A stretch of DNA of 64,000 bases from Actinomycetota bacterium. Lineage in GTDB: Bacteria; Actinomycetota; UBA4738. This document shows positions 41,588 through 51,477 of the stretch, in pieces; position 1 is the first letter of the stretch; every line of letters begins with the position of its first letter. The DNA is taken from positions 1,573-65,572 of the forward strand of contig DATLZQ010000019.1 of the NCBI GenBank assembly GCA_035573915.1, written 5' to 3'. The notes under the pieces are model-generated. The model did no database searches. It saw only the letters and a list, made by a program, of their open reading frames with translations, and was not told where the DNA came from. Position numbers and translations under genes: made by a program.

Positions 41588-43429
41588 GTGAGGAGTTTTC
41601 CGCGACACGGCCGCTCCCCCGCGCGCGGGGCGGAGGCGGCGGGAGAGGAGGGAGGGAGCCGAGGGGTGCTCGGACCGGCCCGCCGGTGGCTCCGGCCCGA
41701 GGCCGAGGCCAGGGCGTACGGGGTGTTGGAGGCGGCGGCCGTGGAGGCTCCGAGCGGGGAAGCGACGGCCCAGGAGGCGGACGCCGCGGTGCCGGGCCCC
41801 CCGCGACGCCCGGGCCCCCTCGGCCTCTCGCTCGTCCTCGTGCTCGGCCTGGCCCTGTCCCTGCCTCCGGTGGACTACATGCTCTACCGGGGCCGGGTCC
41901 ACCCGGGCGTGGCGGTGGCCGGCACCGAGCTCGGTGGGATGAGCCCCGGGGCCGCCGAGGCGGCCCTCCGGCGAGCCCTGGATGCCCGGCGGAAGCACCT
42001 GGTCCGGTTCGCCCTGGGGGGCCGGACGTTCGAGGCCACGCTGTCCCAACTGGGGTGGCGGCCGGACCTCCGGGCCACGCTCCGCTCGGCCCTCGCCGTG
42101 GGCCGCGGCGGCCGGCTCCTCGGGGACGTGGCCGACCGGGCCCGGGGGTGGGTGGGCGAGGTCCGGGTGCCGGTGGCCGCGGCCTGGGACCTGGCGGCCC
42201 TGACCCGGGCCGTGAGCCGATGGGACCGGGCCGCGGGACGCCCGCCCACGGAGGGGACGGTCAGCGTGCGTGACGGGACCGTGGTGGCCCGAGCTCCCCA
42301 CCCCGGGAGGCGGGTGGACCCCGCCGGCGTGCTCCTGTCCGCGGCCCGGGCCGCCGAGGCGCCCTCCCCGGAGCCGGTCCCCCTCCCCCTGGCCCCCGTG
42401 CCGCCTCGGACCACGCCGGAGGACGTGGACCGGGCGGCCCGGGAGGCTCGGGCCCTCCTGGCCGGGGCCGTCACCGTCCGCCTGGGGCCCCTCGTCCTGC
42501 GCTTCACGAGAGACCAGCTGGCCGAACTGGTGGGGACCGAGCTCGTCCCACGAGCTGGCGAGGCCTCCGTCGCCCTGGGCTTCTCGCCCTCCGGCGTGGA
42601 CCGCCTCCTCGCCCCCTACCGGGGCCTGGTAGAACGCCCCGCCGTGGACGCCCGGTTCGTGACCCAGGGCTCCCGGGTCCGGATCGTGCCCTCGGTCCCC
42701 GGCCGACGGCTCGACCCCGAGCTGGCGGCCCGGGACCTGCTCCGGGTGGCCCGCCGCCTGGACCGGGCGGGCAGGGTCCGCCTGGCCCCGGTGCCGCCTG
42801 CGTTCTCCACGGAGGACGCCCGGGCCCTGGGGATCGTGGAGGAGGTCTCGAGCTTCACCACCTACCACGCCCCGGGCGAGCCCCGGGTCACGAACATCCA
42901 CCTGGCGGCGGACCTGCTGGACGGGGCCATCGTCCTGCCCGGGGAGACCTTCTCCCTCAACGAGCGCCTGGGGCAGCGCACCCTGGAGCGGGGGTTCGTC
43001 TTCGCCCCGGCCATCATCAACGGCCGGTTCAGCCTGGCCGTGGGCGGTGGTGTCTCGCAGCTGGCCACCACCCTCTTCAACGCTGCCTTCTTCGGCGGCT
43101 ACCCGTTCCTCGAGTACCGCGCCCACAGCTACTACATCAGCCGGTACCCCTTGGGGCGGGAGGCCACGCTGTCCTGGGGCGGCCCGGACCTCGTGTTCCG
43201 CAACGACACCTCCACCGCCATCCTCATCCGCACGGAGTACACCGACGACTCCATCACCGTGCGGATCTTCGGGGACCGCCACGGCCGGACCGTGCGGGCC
43301 ACCGACCCGGTCATCGTGGGACGCGGGGCCTACGGCTACACGGTCCGGGTGGCCCGCATCGTGGAACGGGGCGGGGAGGTGGTCCGCCGCGAGACGTTCA
43401 TCACCTTCTACCGCTACGGGACCCACTGA
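41588..43429 (+). CDS. VanW-family protein with N-terminal TM helix
   Basis: C-terminal VanW domain (...ETFSLNERLGQRTLERGFVFAPAIINGRF...GGGVSQLATTLFNAAFFGGYP...). N-terminal LSLVLVLGLALSL membrane helix. The start is uncertain. Confidence 0.75.
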   Translation: MRSFPRHGRSPARGAEAAGEEGGSRGVLGPARRWLRPEAEARAYGVLEAAAVEAPSGEATAQEADAAVPGPPRRPGPLGLSLVLVLGLALSLPPVDYMLYRGRVHPGVAVAGTELGGMSPGAAEAALRRALDARRKHLVRFALGGRTFEATLSQLGWRPDLRATLRSALAVGRGGRLLGDVADRARGWVGEVRVPVAAAWDLAALTRAVSRWDRAAGRPPTEGTVSVRDGTVVARAPHPGRRVDPAGVLLSAARAAEAPSPEPVPLPLAPVPPRTTPEDVDRAAREARALLAGAVTVRLGPLVLRFTRDQLAELVGTELVPRAGEASVALGFSPSGVDRLLAPYRGLVERPAVDARFVTQGSRVRIVPSVPGRRLDPELAARDLLRVARRLDRAGRVRLAPVPPAFSTEDARALGIVEEVSSFTTYHAPGEPRVTNIHLAADLLDGAIVLPGETFSLNERLGQRTLERGFVFAPAIINGRFSLAVGGGVSQLATTLFNAAFFGGYPFLEYRAHSYYISRYPLGREATLSWGGPDLVFRNDTSTAILIRTEYTDDSITVRIFGDRHGRTVRATDPVIVGRGAYGYTVRVARIVERGGEVVRRETFITFYRYGTH

Positions 43430-43500
43430 CCCCGCCGCCCCGCGTCAAGGGGCCGCCCGGGCCGGCCGAAAGATCCTCCCAAAGGGACGGGACAGCCGGT

Positions 43501-44211
43501 ATGCTGCGTGCGATGCCCGGGAGGAGCCCGACGACCTCGAAGCCGCGGCCCTGGTCGCTGGAGGGCCTGCTGGCCCACGGCCTCATCTCCCAGCAGGAGT
43601 ACGAGGTGGCCCGGTCCCGGGTGGTCCACCCCGCCAGGCCCAAGGTCTGTCCGTCGTGCGGGTCCGCCAACCGGCCCTCCAAGCGTCGCTGCTCCGTCTG
43701 CGGGGCCGAGCTCACCGCCCCTCCCGCCTCGGAACGGACGGGATCGGCCCCGGCCGAGGCGGGCGAGGGGGCCGAACCCGAGGGTGAGCCGTCCGAGGAG
43801 GCGGGTGACCCCGGGGAGCCCGTCGACGTGGAGATGCTCCTGCACCACCCGGGGCCCAAGCATCCGGGGCCGGTGGGCGCGGGCGGCCAGATGGTCGGGG
43901 TGGGGGGCATGCACCTCCTCACCCGCCTCTACCCGGCCGTGTTCGACATCCGGATCGCCCTGGCCGGGACCCGGGTGGTCCTCGAGTGGGAGGCCCCGGA
44001 GTACGACCCCCGGCAGGTGAAGCTCCTCGGCTACGAGGTCACCCGGGAGGAGCAGCTGCCCCACATGGCGGGCTCCACGCGCCGGTGGGTGGGCTACACC
44101 AGGCCCGAGGAGCGCACGTTCTCGGTCGTCCACCGGTCCGGCGCCCACTCCTACGACGTCACCCCGGTGTACCGGAACCTCCGGACCGGGGAGATCGTCT
44201 GGGGCGGGTAG
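43501..44211 (+). CDS. Hypothetical protein: SHOCT-like N-terminus, CxxC...CxxC zinc ribbon, C-terminal beta-rich (FN3-like) domain
   Basis: SLEGLLAHGLISQQEYEVARSRV (SHOCT-like), CPSCGSANRPSKRRCSVCG, then ...RVVLEWEAPEYDPRQVKLLGYEVTREE...YDVTPVYRNLRTGEIVWG. Confidence 0.5.
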   Translation: MLRAMPGRSPTTSKPRPWSLEGLLAHGLISQQEYEVARSRVVHPARPKVCPSCGSANRPSKRRCSVCGAELTAPPASERTGSAPAEAGEGAEPEGEPSEEAGDPGEPVDVEMLLHHPGPKHPGPVGAGGQMVGVGGMHLLTRLYPAVFDIRIALAGTRVVLEWEAPEYDPRQVKLLGYEVTREEQLPHMAGSTRRWVGYTRPEERTFSVVHRSGAHSYDVTPVYRNLRTGEIVWGG

Positions 44212-44265
44212 CGCCGCCCCGGGGGCGCGCCCTCCCAGCCTGACGCCCGGGGCCGACCCGACGCC

Positions 44266-44856
44266 TCAGGCCGAGGCACCCAGGTCGACCGCTCTCCTGG
44301 CCACGGCGGCGGGGAGGTAGCGTCGGGCCGCCTCCACCAGCTCGTCCAGCGGAGGCCACCACGGGCCCTGGCCCAGGCCCCGGAGGGCCCGCAGGACCCT
44401 GGCCGCCTCCTCCCGCTCCTCCCCGGCCACCACCAGGACCACGCGGCTGGGCCGCTCGTCCCGGAGCAGGCCCAGGTGCAGGTCGTGGGGGTGGGGCAGG
44501 GACGGGGGGGCGGGCCCGGGGTCCGGGGCCACCACCAGGTAGTAGTCGGGGAGCTGGAGGCGGCCCGCCCGCCAGGCCGCCACCGCCTCCCCGGCCCGGA
44601 GCTCGAACGGGGAGGGGTCGTGGCCCCGCTCCCACAAGGCCCGCCACTCCCGGGCCACCGCCTCCAGGGGGTCGGCGGCCAGGAGGACGTACGGGGCGGC
44701 TCGCCCCTCGGCCTGGGCCGAGGCCTCCAGGGCCGCCTCCAGGCCCTGGCCCGAGGGCCGGACCACGGAGACGTTGGGGGACCGGGCCAGTTCCGCGAGG
44801 AGCCCCTCCCGGACCTCCCCCACCAGCGCCACGACGGTCGAGGCCCCGCGCCGCAT
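44266..44856 (-). CDS. Hypothetical protein (196 aa)
   Basis: ORF with acceptable GC3 (MRRGASTVVALVGEVREGLLAELARSPNVSVV...). No recognisable family. Confidence 0.4.
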   Translation of the reverse strand: MRRGASTVVALVGEVREGLLAELARSPNVSVVRPSGQGLEAALEASAQAEGRAAPYVLLAADPLEAVAREWRALWERGHDPSPFELRAGEAVAAWRAGRLQLPDYYLVVAPDPGPAPPSLPHPHDLHLGLLRDERPSRVVLVVAGEEREEAARVLRALRGLGQGPWWPPLDELVEAARRYLPAAVARRAVDLGASA

Positions 44857-44949
44857 CGAAGGGGTCAGGCGGACGACATGGGGCTTTCAGCGTGCCGCCC
44901 CGGGGCCCGGGTGGGCCGGCCCCCGTGGCGGAGGGGAGGTGGTGACGGC

Positions 44950-45023
44950 TGGAGGCGGGGAGCGGAATCGAACCGCTGTGAGAGGTTTTGCAGACCTCTG
45001 CCTGACCACTCGGCCACCCCGCC
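44950..45023 (-). tRNA. tRNA-Cys (anticodon GCA), CCA encoded
   Basis: Minus strand GGCGGGGTGGCCGAGTGGTCAGGCAGAGGTCTGCAAAACCTCTCACAGCGGTTCGATTCCGCTCCCCGCCTCCA. Anticodon loop CUGCAAA, T-loop GGTTCGATTCC. Confidence 0.8.
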
Positions 45024-45151
45024 GGCTCGGCTCCAGAGGGCTCAGATACCAGTGTACGCGAGCCCGCCGTCGGGGGTCCGGCCCTCCCTCGTCCGGCCGC
45101 CTTCCTCGGGCCGCGAGGGGACGCCAGCCCGGGCCAGCCCGCGGGCCCAGC

Positions 45152-46407
45152 TCAGACGGCCGGGCCCTCGGCCAGGGTCACCGAGGTCGTGTGGACGCCC
45201 GTGGCGTCGACCCAGGTCACGGTCACGCGCTTCCCGGGCTCCCGGGTGTAGATGGCGGGCCGAAGCGACCCTACCGAGGTGACCGCCTCGCCTGCGACCC
45301 TGGTGATGACCGAGCCGTCCCGCAGCCCGGCCCGGTCCGCGGGGCTCCCCGGCACCACGCCCACCACGAGGGCTCCCGCGTCCACGCCCACCCGGGAGGC
45401 GGTGGACGGGTCCAAGTCCCGGACGGCCACGCCCAGGAACGCAGCGGGCCCCACCACCACCCGGTGGCTCTCCCGCCCTGCCCGGATGTCCTCCACGATT
45501 TCCAGGGCCCGCTCCACGGGGATGGCGAAGCTCGAGCGGACCCGGTCGAAGGCGGTCCGCTCGCTGGCGGTGATCATCCCCACCACCTCTCCGACCGCGT
45601 TCACCAGGGCCCCGCCCGACTCCCCGGGCCGGACCGGGGCGTCGGTCTCGATCAAGTCCTGGAGCCGCTCCCCGGGGCCCACCAGCACGTCCCGGCCCAG
45701 GGCCGTCACCTCCCCGGTGGTGAGGACCGCCCTGTCGCCCCGGAGGGACGGGTGGCCGAGGGCCACCACCTCGTCCCCCACCCGCAGGCCCGAGGAGGTG
45801 GCCACCCGCACGGTGGGGAGCGAGCTCGCCCCCCGGACCTGGAGGAGGGCCACGTCGTCCAGGGGGGCCGCGCCGAGCACTGTGGCCTCGAGGGCCCCGG
45901 GCCGCCCCTCCACGGTCACCCAGATACGGGTGGCGCCGGCCACCACGTGGTTGTTGGTGAGAACCTGCCCGTTCGGGGTGAGGAGCATCCCGCTCCCCGC
46001 GGCCCGACCCCCGGGCTCCCCCCCAGCCCCAGGAGCTCGGTGGTGATGTGCACCACGGCCGGGGCCACCGAGACCTCGATAGCTCGGAGGTCGGGCTGGG
46101 CCTCGGGCTCGACGGTGGCGGCCCCGCCGCCGAGGCCCGACCAGGGACCCGGCACGGGCGCCGCGGCGGGCGACCGCCCAGAGCGCTCCAGGCCCCAGCC
46201 GACGCCCACCCCGCCCGCGACGAGCAGGGCGCCCAGGAGCGCGGCGGCCAGGGCCGTGCGGACCCGGGCCTCGGCTCGGTCCGGCCTCTCCGGTCCGGGA
46301 GGCCCGGCCGCCGGCCTCTCCCCCACCGGTTCGGCCCAGCCCCCCGGTCCCGCGGCGACGACCACCTCCTCTCGGCCCCGAGCAGCCGGGGCCGGCTCCA
46401 CCATCAT
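45152..46407 (-). pseudogene. htrA: HtrA/DegP-family trypsin-like serine protease with PDZ domain, interrupted by a frameshift at a C7/G7 homopolymer (46018-46024)
   Basis: The N-terminal TM anchor and IEVSVAPAVVHITTELLGLGG are in one frame (start ATG 46407). GSGMLLTPNGQVLTNNHVV... through the PDZ domain are in another (the 419-aa ORF). The junction is at ctcccccccagcc. Confidence 0.65.
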
Positions 46408-46640
46408 GCACCCAGACCGTGGATTTCCCGGGCTGTGAGCGCCCTCAACCGGGCCCGAGACGTCCCTGAGGCCGGGCGTGGTCGCCCCGAGGCCACCGCC
46501 CCCAGGCCGAGCTCCTGACGGCGGGCCCGGAGTCAGCGGGACCGGAGGAAGGAGGGAGCCTGGAACCGGGTGTGGGTCGGGAGAGGAAGGTAGCACCCAT
46601 GACCCGGGACATCCGTCCAGGATGCCCCGACACATGACCC

Positions 46641-46716
<76 letters not shown>

Positions 46717-46771
46717 GCGAGCGCCATTGTACCAAGGGCACTCTCCGGGAGGGTGGCCTCGCCCTGGCCGC

Positions 46772-47218
46772 CTACCGCCCCGTGGACCCGAACCCCGCCT
46801 CGCCTCGGGCCGAGGGGGGGAGCTCCTCCGCCCACCGGGGAGCCACCCGGGCCAGGGGCACCACGACCAGCTGGGCGATCCGGTCCCCCCGGTGGACCCG
46901 GACGGGACGTTCGCGGTCCAGGTTGACCACGGCGCAGGTGAGCTCCCCCCGGTAGCCCGAGTCGATGAGGCCCGGGGCGTTGGCCAACGTCAGGCCCTCC
47001 CTCGAGGCCAGCCCCGACCGGGGGAGGACCAGGCCCGCGTGCCCCTCGGGGATGGCCACGGCCACCCCCGTGGGGACCATGGCCCGCTCCCCCGGCCTCA
47101 CCTCCAGCTCCACCGCCGAGGCCAGGTCGAGCCCGGCGTCCCCGGGGTGGGCGGGGGCGGGCAGTCGGGCCTCCGGACGCAGGCGCTGGAAGAGGAGGGG
47201 GACCTCGCTCAGCTGCAC
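46772..47218 (-). CDS. dut: dUTP diphosphatase
   Basis: ...PGDAGLDLASAVELEVRPGERAMVPTGVAVAIPEGHAGLVLPRSGLASR...IDSGYRGEL... is canonical trimeric dUTPase. GTG start at 47218 (47238 is an alternative). Confidence 0.8.
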   Translation of the reverse strand: MQLSEVPLLFQRLRPEARLPAPAHPGDAGLDLASAVELEVRPGERAMVPTGVAVAIPEGHAGLVLPRSGLASREGLTLANAPGLIDSGYRGELTCAVVNLDRERPVRVHRGDRIAQLVVVPLARVAPRWAEELPPSARGEAGFGSTGR

Positions 47219-49962
47219 CCGCTCGTCGAGCCGCACCCCGTGCAGACGTAGCAGGAGCCGGAGGGCTGCATCCGGGCCCCGCACGAGTAACAGAGGGGGG
47301 CGTCCAGGATCCGGGCGCTGGGGGCCTCGGCCGGCCCCGTCCCTGGGGGGACCAGCGACGGCCGCGGCTCCCCGCCCGCCGCTCGGCCCTCGGGGGCCCC
47401 GGCCGCCAGGGCCTCCCCCATCTGGGCCCGGCGCTCCTCCATGGTGTGGATCCCCAGGGCCGCCCGCTTCTCCGCAGGCAGGTACTCGAGGGCCAGGCGC
47501 CGGAAGATGTAGTCCACCAGGGAGGAGGCGAACCGGATGTCGGGGTCGTTGGTCACCCCGGACGGCTCGAACCGCATGTTGATGAACTTCTGGACGAAGG
47601 CCTCCAGGGGCACCCCGTACTGCAGGCCGATGGAGACGGCGATGGCGAAGGCGTCCATGACCCCGGCCAGGGTGGACCCCTGCTTGGCGACCTTGAGGAA
47701 CACCTCGCCGATCCCGTCCCCCGGGTACTCCCCGGCGATGATGTAGCCCTCGGCGTCGCCCACGCTGAAGGAGAACGTCTTGGCCGGCCGCTGGGCGGGG
47801 AGGCGGCGCCGGATGGGCTGGCCGGGGAGCTCCACCGCGGGCTCCGCCTGCCTGGCGGCGGCCTTCTTCCGGTCGGCGGACAAGGGTTGGGCCACCTTGC
47901 AGTTGTCCCGGTAGATGGCCAGGGCCTTCAGGCCCAGCCGCCAGGCCTCCACGAACAGTTGCTCCACCTCCTCCACCGTCACGTGCTCGGGCATGTTCAC
48001 GGTCTTGGAGATGGCCCCGGAGATGAAGGGCTGGACGGCGGCCATCATCTTCACGTGGCCCATGTAGTGGATGGCCCGCTCACCCATGGCACAGTCGAAC
48101 ACCGGGTAGTGCTCCTCCTTCATGAAGGGAGCCCCCACCACCGTGTTGTGCTCGAGGATGTAGGCCACAATGGCCTGCACCTGCTCCTCGGAGTACCCCA
48201 GGCGCCGGAGGGCCCGGGGCACGGTCTGGTTCACGATCTGCATGGTGCCCCCGCCCACGAGCTTCTTGGTCTTGACCAGGGCCAGGTCCGGCTCGATGCC
48301 GGTGGTGTCGCAGTCCATCATGAGCCCGATGGTGCCGGTGGGGGCGATCACCGTGGCCTGGGCGTTGCGGTAGCCGAACTCCTCGCCCAGGGCGATGGCC
48401 TCGTCCCAGGACTGCTTGGCCGAGGACAGGAGGGCCTCCGGAACGAGGTCGGGGTCAATCCCGTCCACCGCGGCCCGGTGCTTGCGCATCACCCGGAGCA
48501 TGGCGTCCCGGTTGGGGGCGAACCCCGCGAAGGGCCCCATCTTCTCGGCGATCCTGGCGCTGGTCCGGTAGGCGTGCCCGGTCATGAGGGCCGTGATGGC
48601 CGCGGCCCAGGCCCGCCCGGCCTCGGAGTCGTAGGGCAGTCCCCTGGCCATGAGCAGGGCGCCGAGGTTCGCGTAGCCCAGCCCGAGCTGCCGGAAGGCC
48701 TTGGCGTTCCGCTCGATCTTCTCCGTGGGGTAGCTCGAGTTCCCCACGATGATCTCCTGCGCCGTGAACACCACCTCCACGGCCTGGCGGAAGGCGGCCA
48801 CGTCGAAGTTCCCCTCCTCATCGAGGAACTTCATGAGGTTCAGGCTGGCCAGGTTGCAGGCCGAGTTGTCGAGGTGCATGTACTCGCTGCAGGGGTTGCT
48901 GGCGTTGATCCGCCCCGAGGCCGGGCAGGTGTGCCAGTCGTTGATGGTGGTGTCGTACTGCATGCCCGGGTCGGCGCACTCCCAGGCGGCCTGGGCGATC
49001 TCCCGCATGAGGTCCCGGGCCCGCACCACCTCGATGGTCTCCCCGGTGGTCACCGCCTTGAGCTTCCAGTCCCGGTCCTCCAGGTAGGCGTGCATGAACT
49101 CGTCGGTGACCCGGACCGAGTTGTTGGCGTTCTGGTACTGGAGCGAGTAGCTGTCCTTGCCGTCCAGGTCCATGTCGAACCCGGCGTCCCGGAGGACCCG
49201 GGCCTTGCGCTCCTCGATGGCCTTGCACCAGATGAAGTCCCGGATGTCGGGGTGGTCGACGTTGAGGATGACCATCTTGGCCGCCCGGCGGGTCTTGCCC
49301 CCGGACTTGATGGTCCCCGCGGAGGCATCGGCCCCCCGCATGAACGACACGGGCCCGCTGGCCTGCCCCCCGCTGGACAGCCGCTCCTTGGAGGACCGGA
49401 GGGTGGAGAGGTTCACCCCGGAGCCGGACCCGCCCTTGAAGATGATCCCCTCCTCCACGTACCAGTTGAGGATGGAGGCCATGGTGTCCTCCACGGCCAG
49501 GATGAAGCAGGCCGAGCACTGGGGCCGCTGCTCCACCCCCACGTTGAACCACACGGGGGAGTTGAAGGCGGCCTTCTGGTGGACCAGGAGGTGGGTGAGC
49601 TCGTCGGCGAAGACCCGGGCGTCCTCCTCGGAGGCGAAGTAGCCGTCCTTGCGTCCCCACTCCGTGATGGTGTCCACCACCCGGCCGATCATCTGCCGGA
49701 CCGAGTGCTCCCGCTGGGGCGTGCCCAGGGGGCCCCGGAAGTACTTCTGGGCCACGATGTTGGTGGCGTTCTGGGACCAGGACTTGGGGAACTCCACCCC
49801 TCGCTGCTCGAAGGCGTTGCCCCCCTCCCGGTAGTTGGGGATGACCGCGTCGCGGACCTCCCATTCCACCTCGTCGAAGGGGTGCACCCCCGGGCGGGTG
49901 AAGAACCGCCGGAAGGTGAGCCCGCCGACCCTGGCTCCCACGTCCTTCTCTCGAGTCGCCAC
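47209..49962 (-). CDS. nrdJ: Ribonucleoside-diphosphate reductase, adenosylcobalamin-dependent (class II), with C-terminal Zn-ribbon
   Basis: A 917-aa class II RNR (...NPCSEYMHLDNSACNLASLNL..., the radical Cys loop) with C-terminal CYSCGARMQPSGSCYVCTGCGSTSGC. GTG start with GAGGAGG 5 nt upstream. Confidence 0.9.
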   Translation of the reverse strand: MATREKDVGARVGGLTFRRFFTRPGVHPFDEVEWEVRDAVIPNYREGGNAFEQRGVEFPKSWSQNATNIVAQKYFRGPLGTPQREHSVRQMIGRVVDTITEWGRKDGYFASEEDARVFADELTHLLVHQKAAFNSPVWFNVGVEQRPQCSACFILAVEDTMASILNWYVEEGIIFKGGSGSGVNLSTLRSSKERLSSGGQASGPVSFMRGADASAGTIKSGGKTRRAAKMVILNVDHPDIRDFIWCKAIEERKARVLRDAGFDMDLDGKDSYSLQYQNANNSVRVTDEFMHAYLEDRDWKLKAVTTGETIEVVRARDLMREIAQAAWECADPGMQYDTTINDWHTCPASGRINASNPCSEYMHLDNSACNLASLNLMKFLDEEGNFDVAAFRQAVEVVFTAQEIIVGNSSYPTEKIERNAKAFRQLGLGYANLGALLMARGLPYDSEAGRAWAAAITALMTGHAYRTSARIAEKMGPFAGFAPNRDAMLRVMRKHRAAVDGIDPDLVPEALLSSAKQSWDEAIALGEEFGYRNAQATVIAPTGTIGLMMDCDTTGIEPDLALVKTKKLVGGGTMQIVNQTVPRALRRLGYSEEQVQAIVAYILEHNTVVGAPFMKEEHYPVFDCAMGERAIHYMGHVKMMAAVQPFISGAISKTVNMPEHVTVEEVEQLFVEAWRLGLKALAIYRDNCKVAQPLSADRKKAAARQAEPAVELPGQPIRRRLPAQRPAKTFSFSVGDAEGYIIAGEYPGDGIGEVFLKVAKQGSTLAGVMDAFAIAVSIGLQYGVPLEAFVQKFINMRFEPSGVTNDPDIRFASSLVDYIFRRLALEYLPAEKRAALGIHTMEERRAQMGEALAAGAPEGRAAGGEPRPSLVPPGTGPAEAPSARILDAPLCYSCGARMQPSGSCYVCTGCGSTSGCS

Positions 49963-50039
49963 GTCCGCCTCCTCGTTCCTCACGGGGGGAAGGATCCCTC
50001 GGGACCTCGCCGTGGATCCCCTGGGGAAGGCCTGTGGAA

Positions 50040-50177
50040 AATCACATCGGTGTGATTCGGTCCGAATTTTGCCTCCCGCCCCCGGCCATGTCAAGGGGGC
50101 TCCAGTTCATTCTCCCACATCTTGTGGAAGGCTCCCCCGCCGCGCCGCCAAGACCTACTACATATTGTGGGCACCCG
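50040..50177. promoter_or_regulatory. Three CACA-N4-TGTG-type palindromes upstream of nrdJ (candidate NrdR operators)
   Basis: AATCACAtcggTGTGATT at 50040-50057 (perfect 7-bp arms), CCACAtcttGTGG at 50115-50127, and the weaker ACAtattGTG at 50163-50172. They lie in the 220-bp leader between nrdR and nrdJ. Confidence 0.35.
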
Positions 50178-50184
50178 CTCCGGA

Positions 50185-50679
50185 CTACCGGCGAGCCCCT
50201 GTCGTCCTCGTCCGCCGGCCGCCCGGCTCCCGCTTTTGGAGCAGCAGCCCGAGCTCACGTTCGAAGTCCGTGAGCTCCTGGAAGTCCTTGTAGACGCTGG
50301 CGAAGCGCATGTAGGCCACCTCGTCGAGGCGCCGGAGAAGGGAGAGCACCTCGAGGCCGATCTCATGGCTCGTCACCACGGGGCCCCGCCGGCGCACCCG
50401 CTCCTCGACCCGGTCCGCCAGCTCCGCCACCTGCTCCTCGGTGACGGGGCGGTTCTTGATGGCCTTGCGGACCCCCGCCACCACCTTGGCCCGGTCGAAG
50501 GGCTCCTTCGCCCCGGACCGCTTGATGACCACCACCCCGGCCCGCTCCGTCCGCTCGAACGTCGTGAACCGTCGCCCGCACGACCGGCAGGCCCGCCGTC
50601 GCCGCACGGCCGCGCCGTGCTCGGTCTCCCGGGAGTCCACCACCTTGGTCTCCGCTCCCCCGCACCACGGGCACCGCAC
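50185..50679 (-). CDS. nrdR: Transcriptional repressor NrdR
   Basis: (V)RCPWCGGAETKVVDSRETEHGAAVRRRRACRSCGRRFTTFE is the Zn ribbon, and VVIKRSGAKEPFDRAKV... is the ATP-cone. GTG start. Sits immediately upstream of nrdJ, as is usual. Confidence 0.85.
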   Translation of the reverse strand: MRCPWCGGAETKVVDSRETEHGAAVRRRRACRSCGRRFTTFERTERAGVVVIKRSGAKEPFDRAKVVAGVRKAIKNRPVTEEQVAELADRVEERVRRRGPVVTSHEIGLEVLSLLRRLDEVAYMRFASVYKDFQELTDFERELGLLLQKREPGGRRTRTTGARR

Positions 50680-50787
50680 CACGCACCCCCCACCACAACA
50701 TGTCGTAGCCCCAGCGAGAGTAGGCCCGGACATGGTGGCGGTCAACGCGGCCCGGCGGGGATCCCGGACCTGGACCATAATCGAGGC

Positions 50788-51471
50788 GTGCTACCCAGCC
50801 AGCTCGACCTCATCCTCCGCCTGCTCCTGGCGGGGTCCCTGGCCGGGCTCCTGGGCGGGGAGCGGGAGCTCACCGAGCAGCCCGCGGGCTTCCGCACCCA
50901 CATCCTGGTGAGCCTGGGGGCCTGCCTGTTCGCGATCATTTCCGCCTACGGGTTCGAGGCCCTGGTGGCCGAGGCCCCCGAGGGTACGCCCATCCGCGCC
51001 GACGTCACGAGGATCGCCTCCCAGATCGTGGTGGGGATCGGCTTCCTGGGGGGCGGGGCCATCCTCAAGTACGGCGCCAGCATCCGAGGGCTCACCACCG
51101 CGGCCAGCCTCTGGGTGACGGCCGCGGTGGGCACGGCCGTGGGGCTGGGCAACCTCCTCCTCGGCACGGTCACCACTGCCATCACCCTCCTCGCTCTGGT
51201 GGGCCTCCGCCCGCTCCGCCGCGTCCTGCGACGCCACGCCGTCGCCCGGGAGGAGTTCCTGGTGGACGCCGACGCCGAGGTGGACCTGAGGGAGCTCGTC
51301 CAGCGGGTGACCGAGGTCGGGGGGAGCATCCGCGAGCTCCGGATCGCCGAAGCGGGCAGCGAGCGTTCCATCCGGGTCTCGGTGGAGCCCTCCCCCTCGA
51401 TGCGGCCCGCCGAGGTCGCCGCGGAGCTGGCCCGCCTCCGGCACGTCCGCAACGTGGACTGGGCCCGCTGA
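50788..51471 (+). CDS. mgtC: MgtC/SapB-family membrane protein
   Basis: LDLILRLLLAGSLAGLLGGERE...GFRTHILVSLGACLFAI... N-terminal MgtC domain plus a C-terminal ACT-like domain. GTG start at 50788. Confidence 0.75.
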   Translation: MLPSQLDLILRLLLAGSLAGLLGGERELTEQPAGFRTHILVSLGACLFAIISAYGFEALVAEAPEGTPIRADVTRIASQIVVGIGFLGGGAILKYGASIRGLTTAASLWVTAAVGTAVGLGNLLLGTVTTAITLLALVGLRPLRRVLRRHAVAREEFLVDADAEVDLRELVQRVTEVGGSIRELRIAEAGSERSIRVSVEPSPSMRPAEVAAELARLRHVRNVDWAR

Positions 51472-51477
51472 CCACGG

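Noticed and set aside
47446-50055. 869-aa plus-strand ORF opposite nrdJ
   Set aside because: Antisense shadow of nrdJ. The translation is low-complexity.
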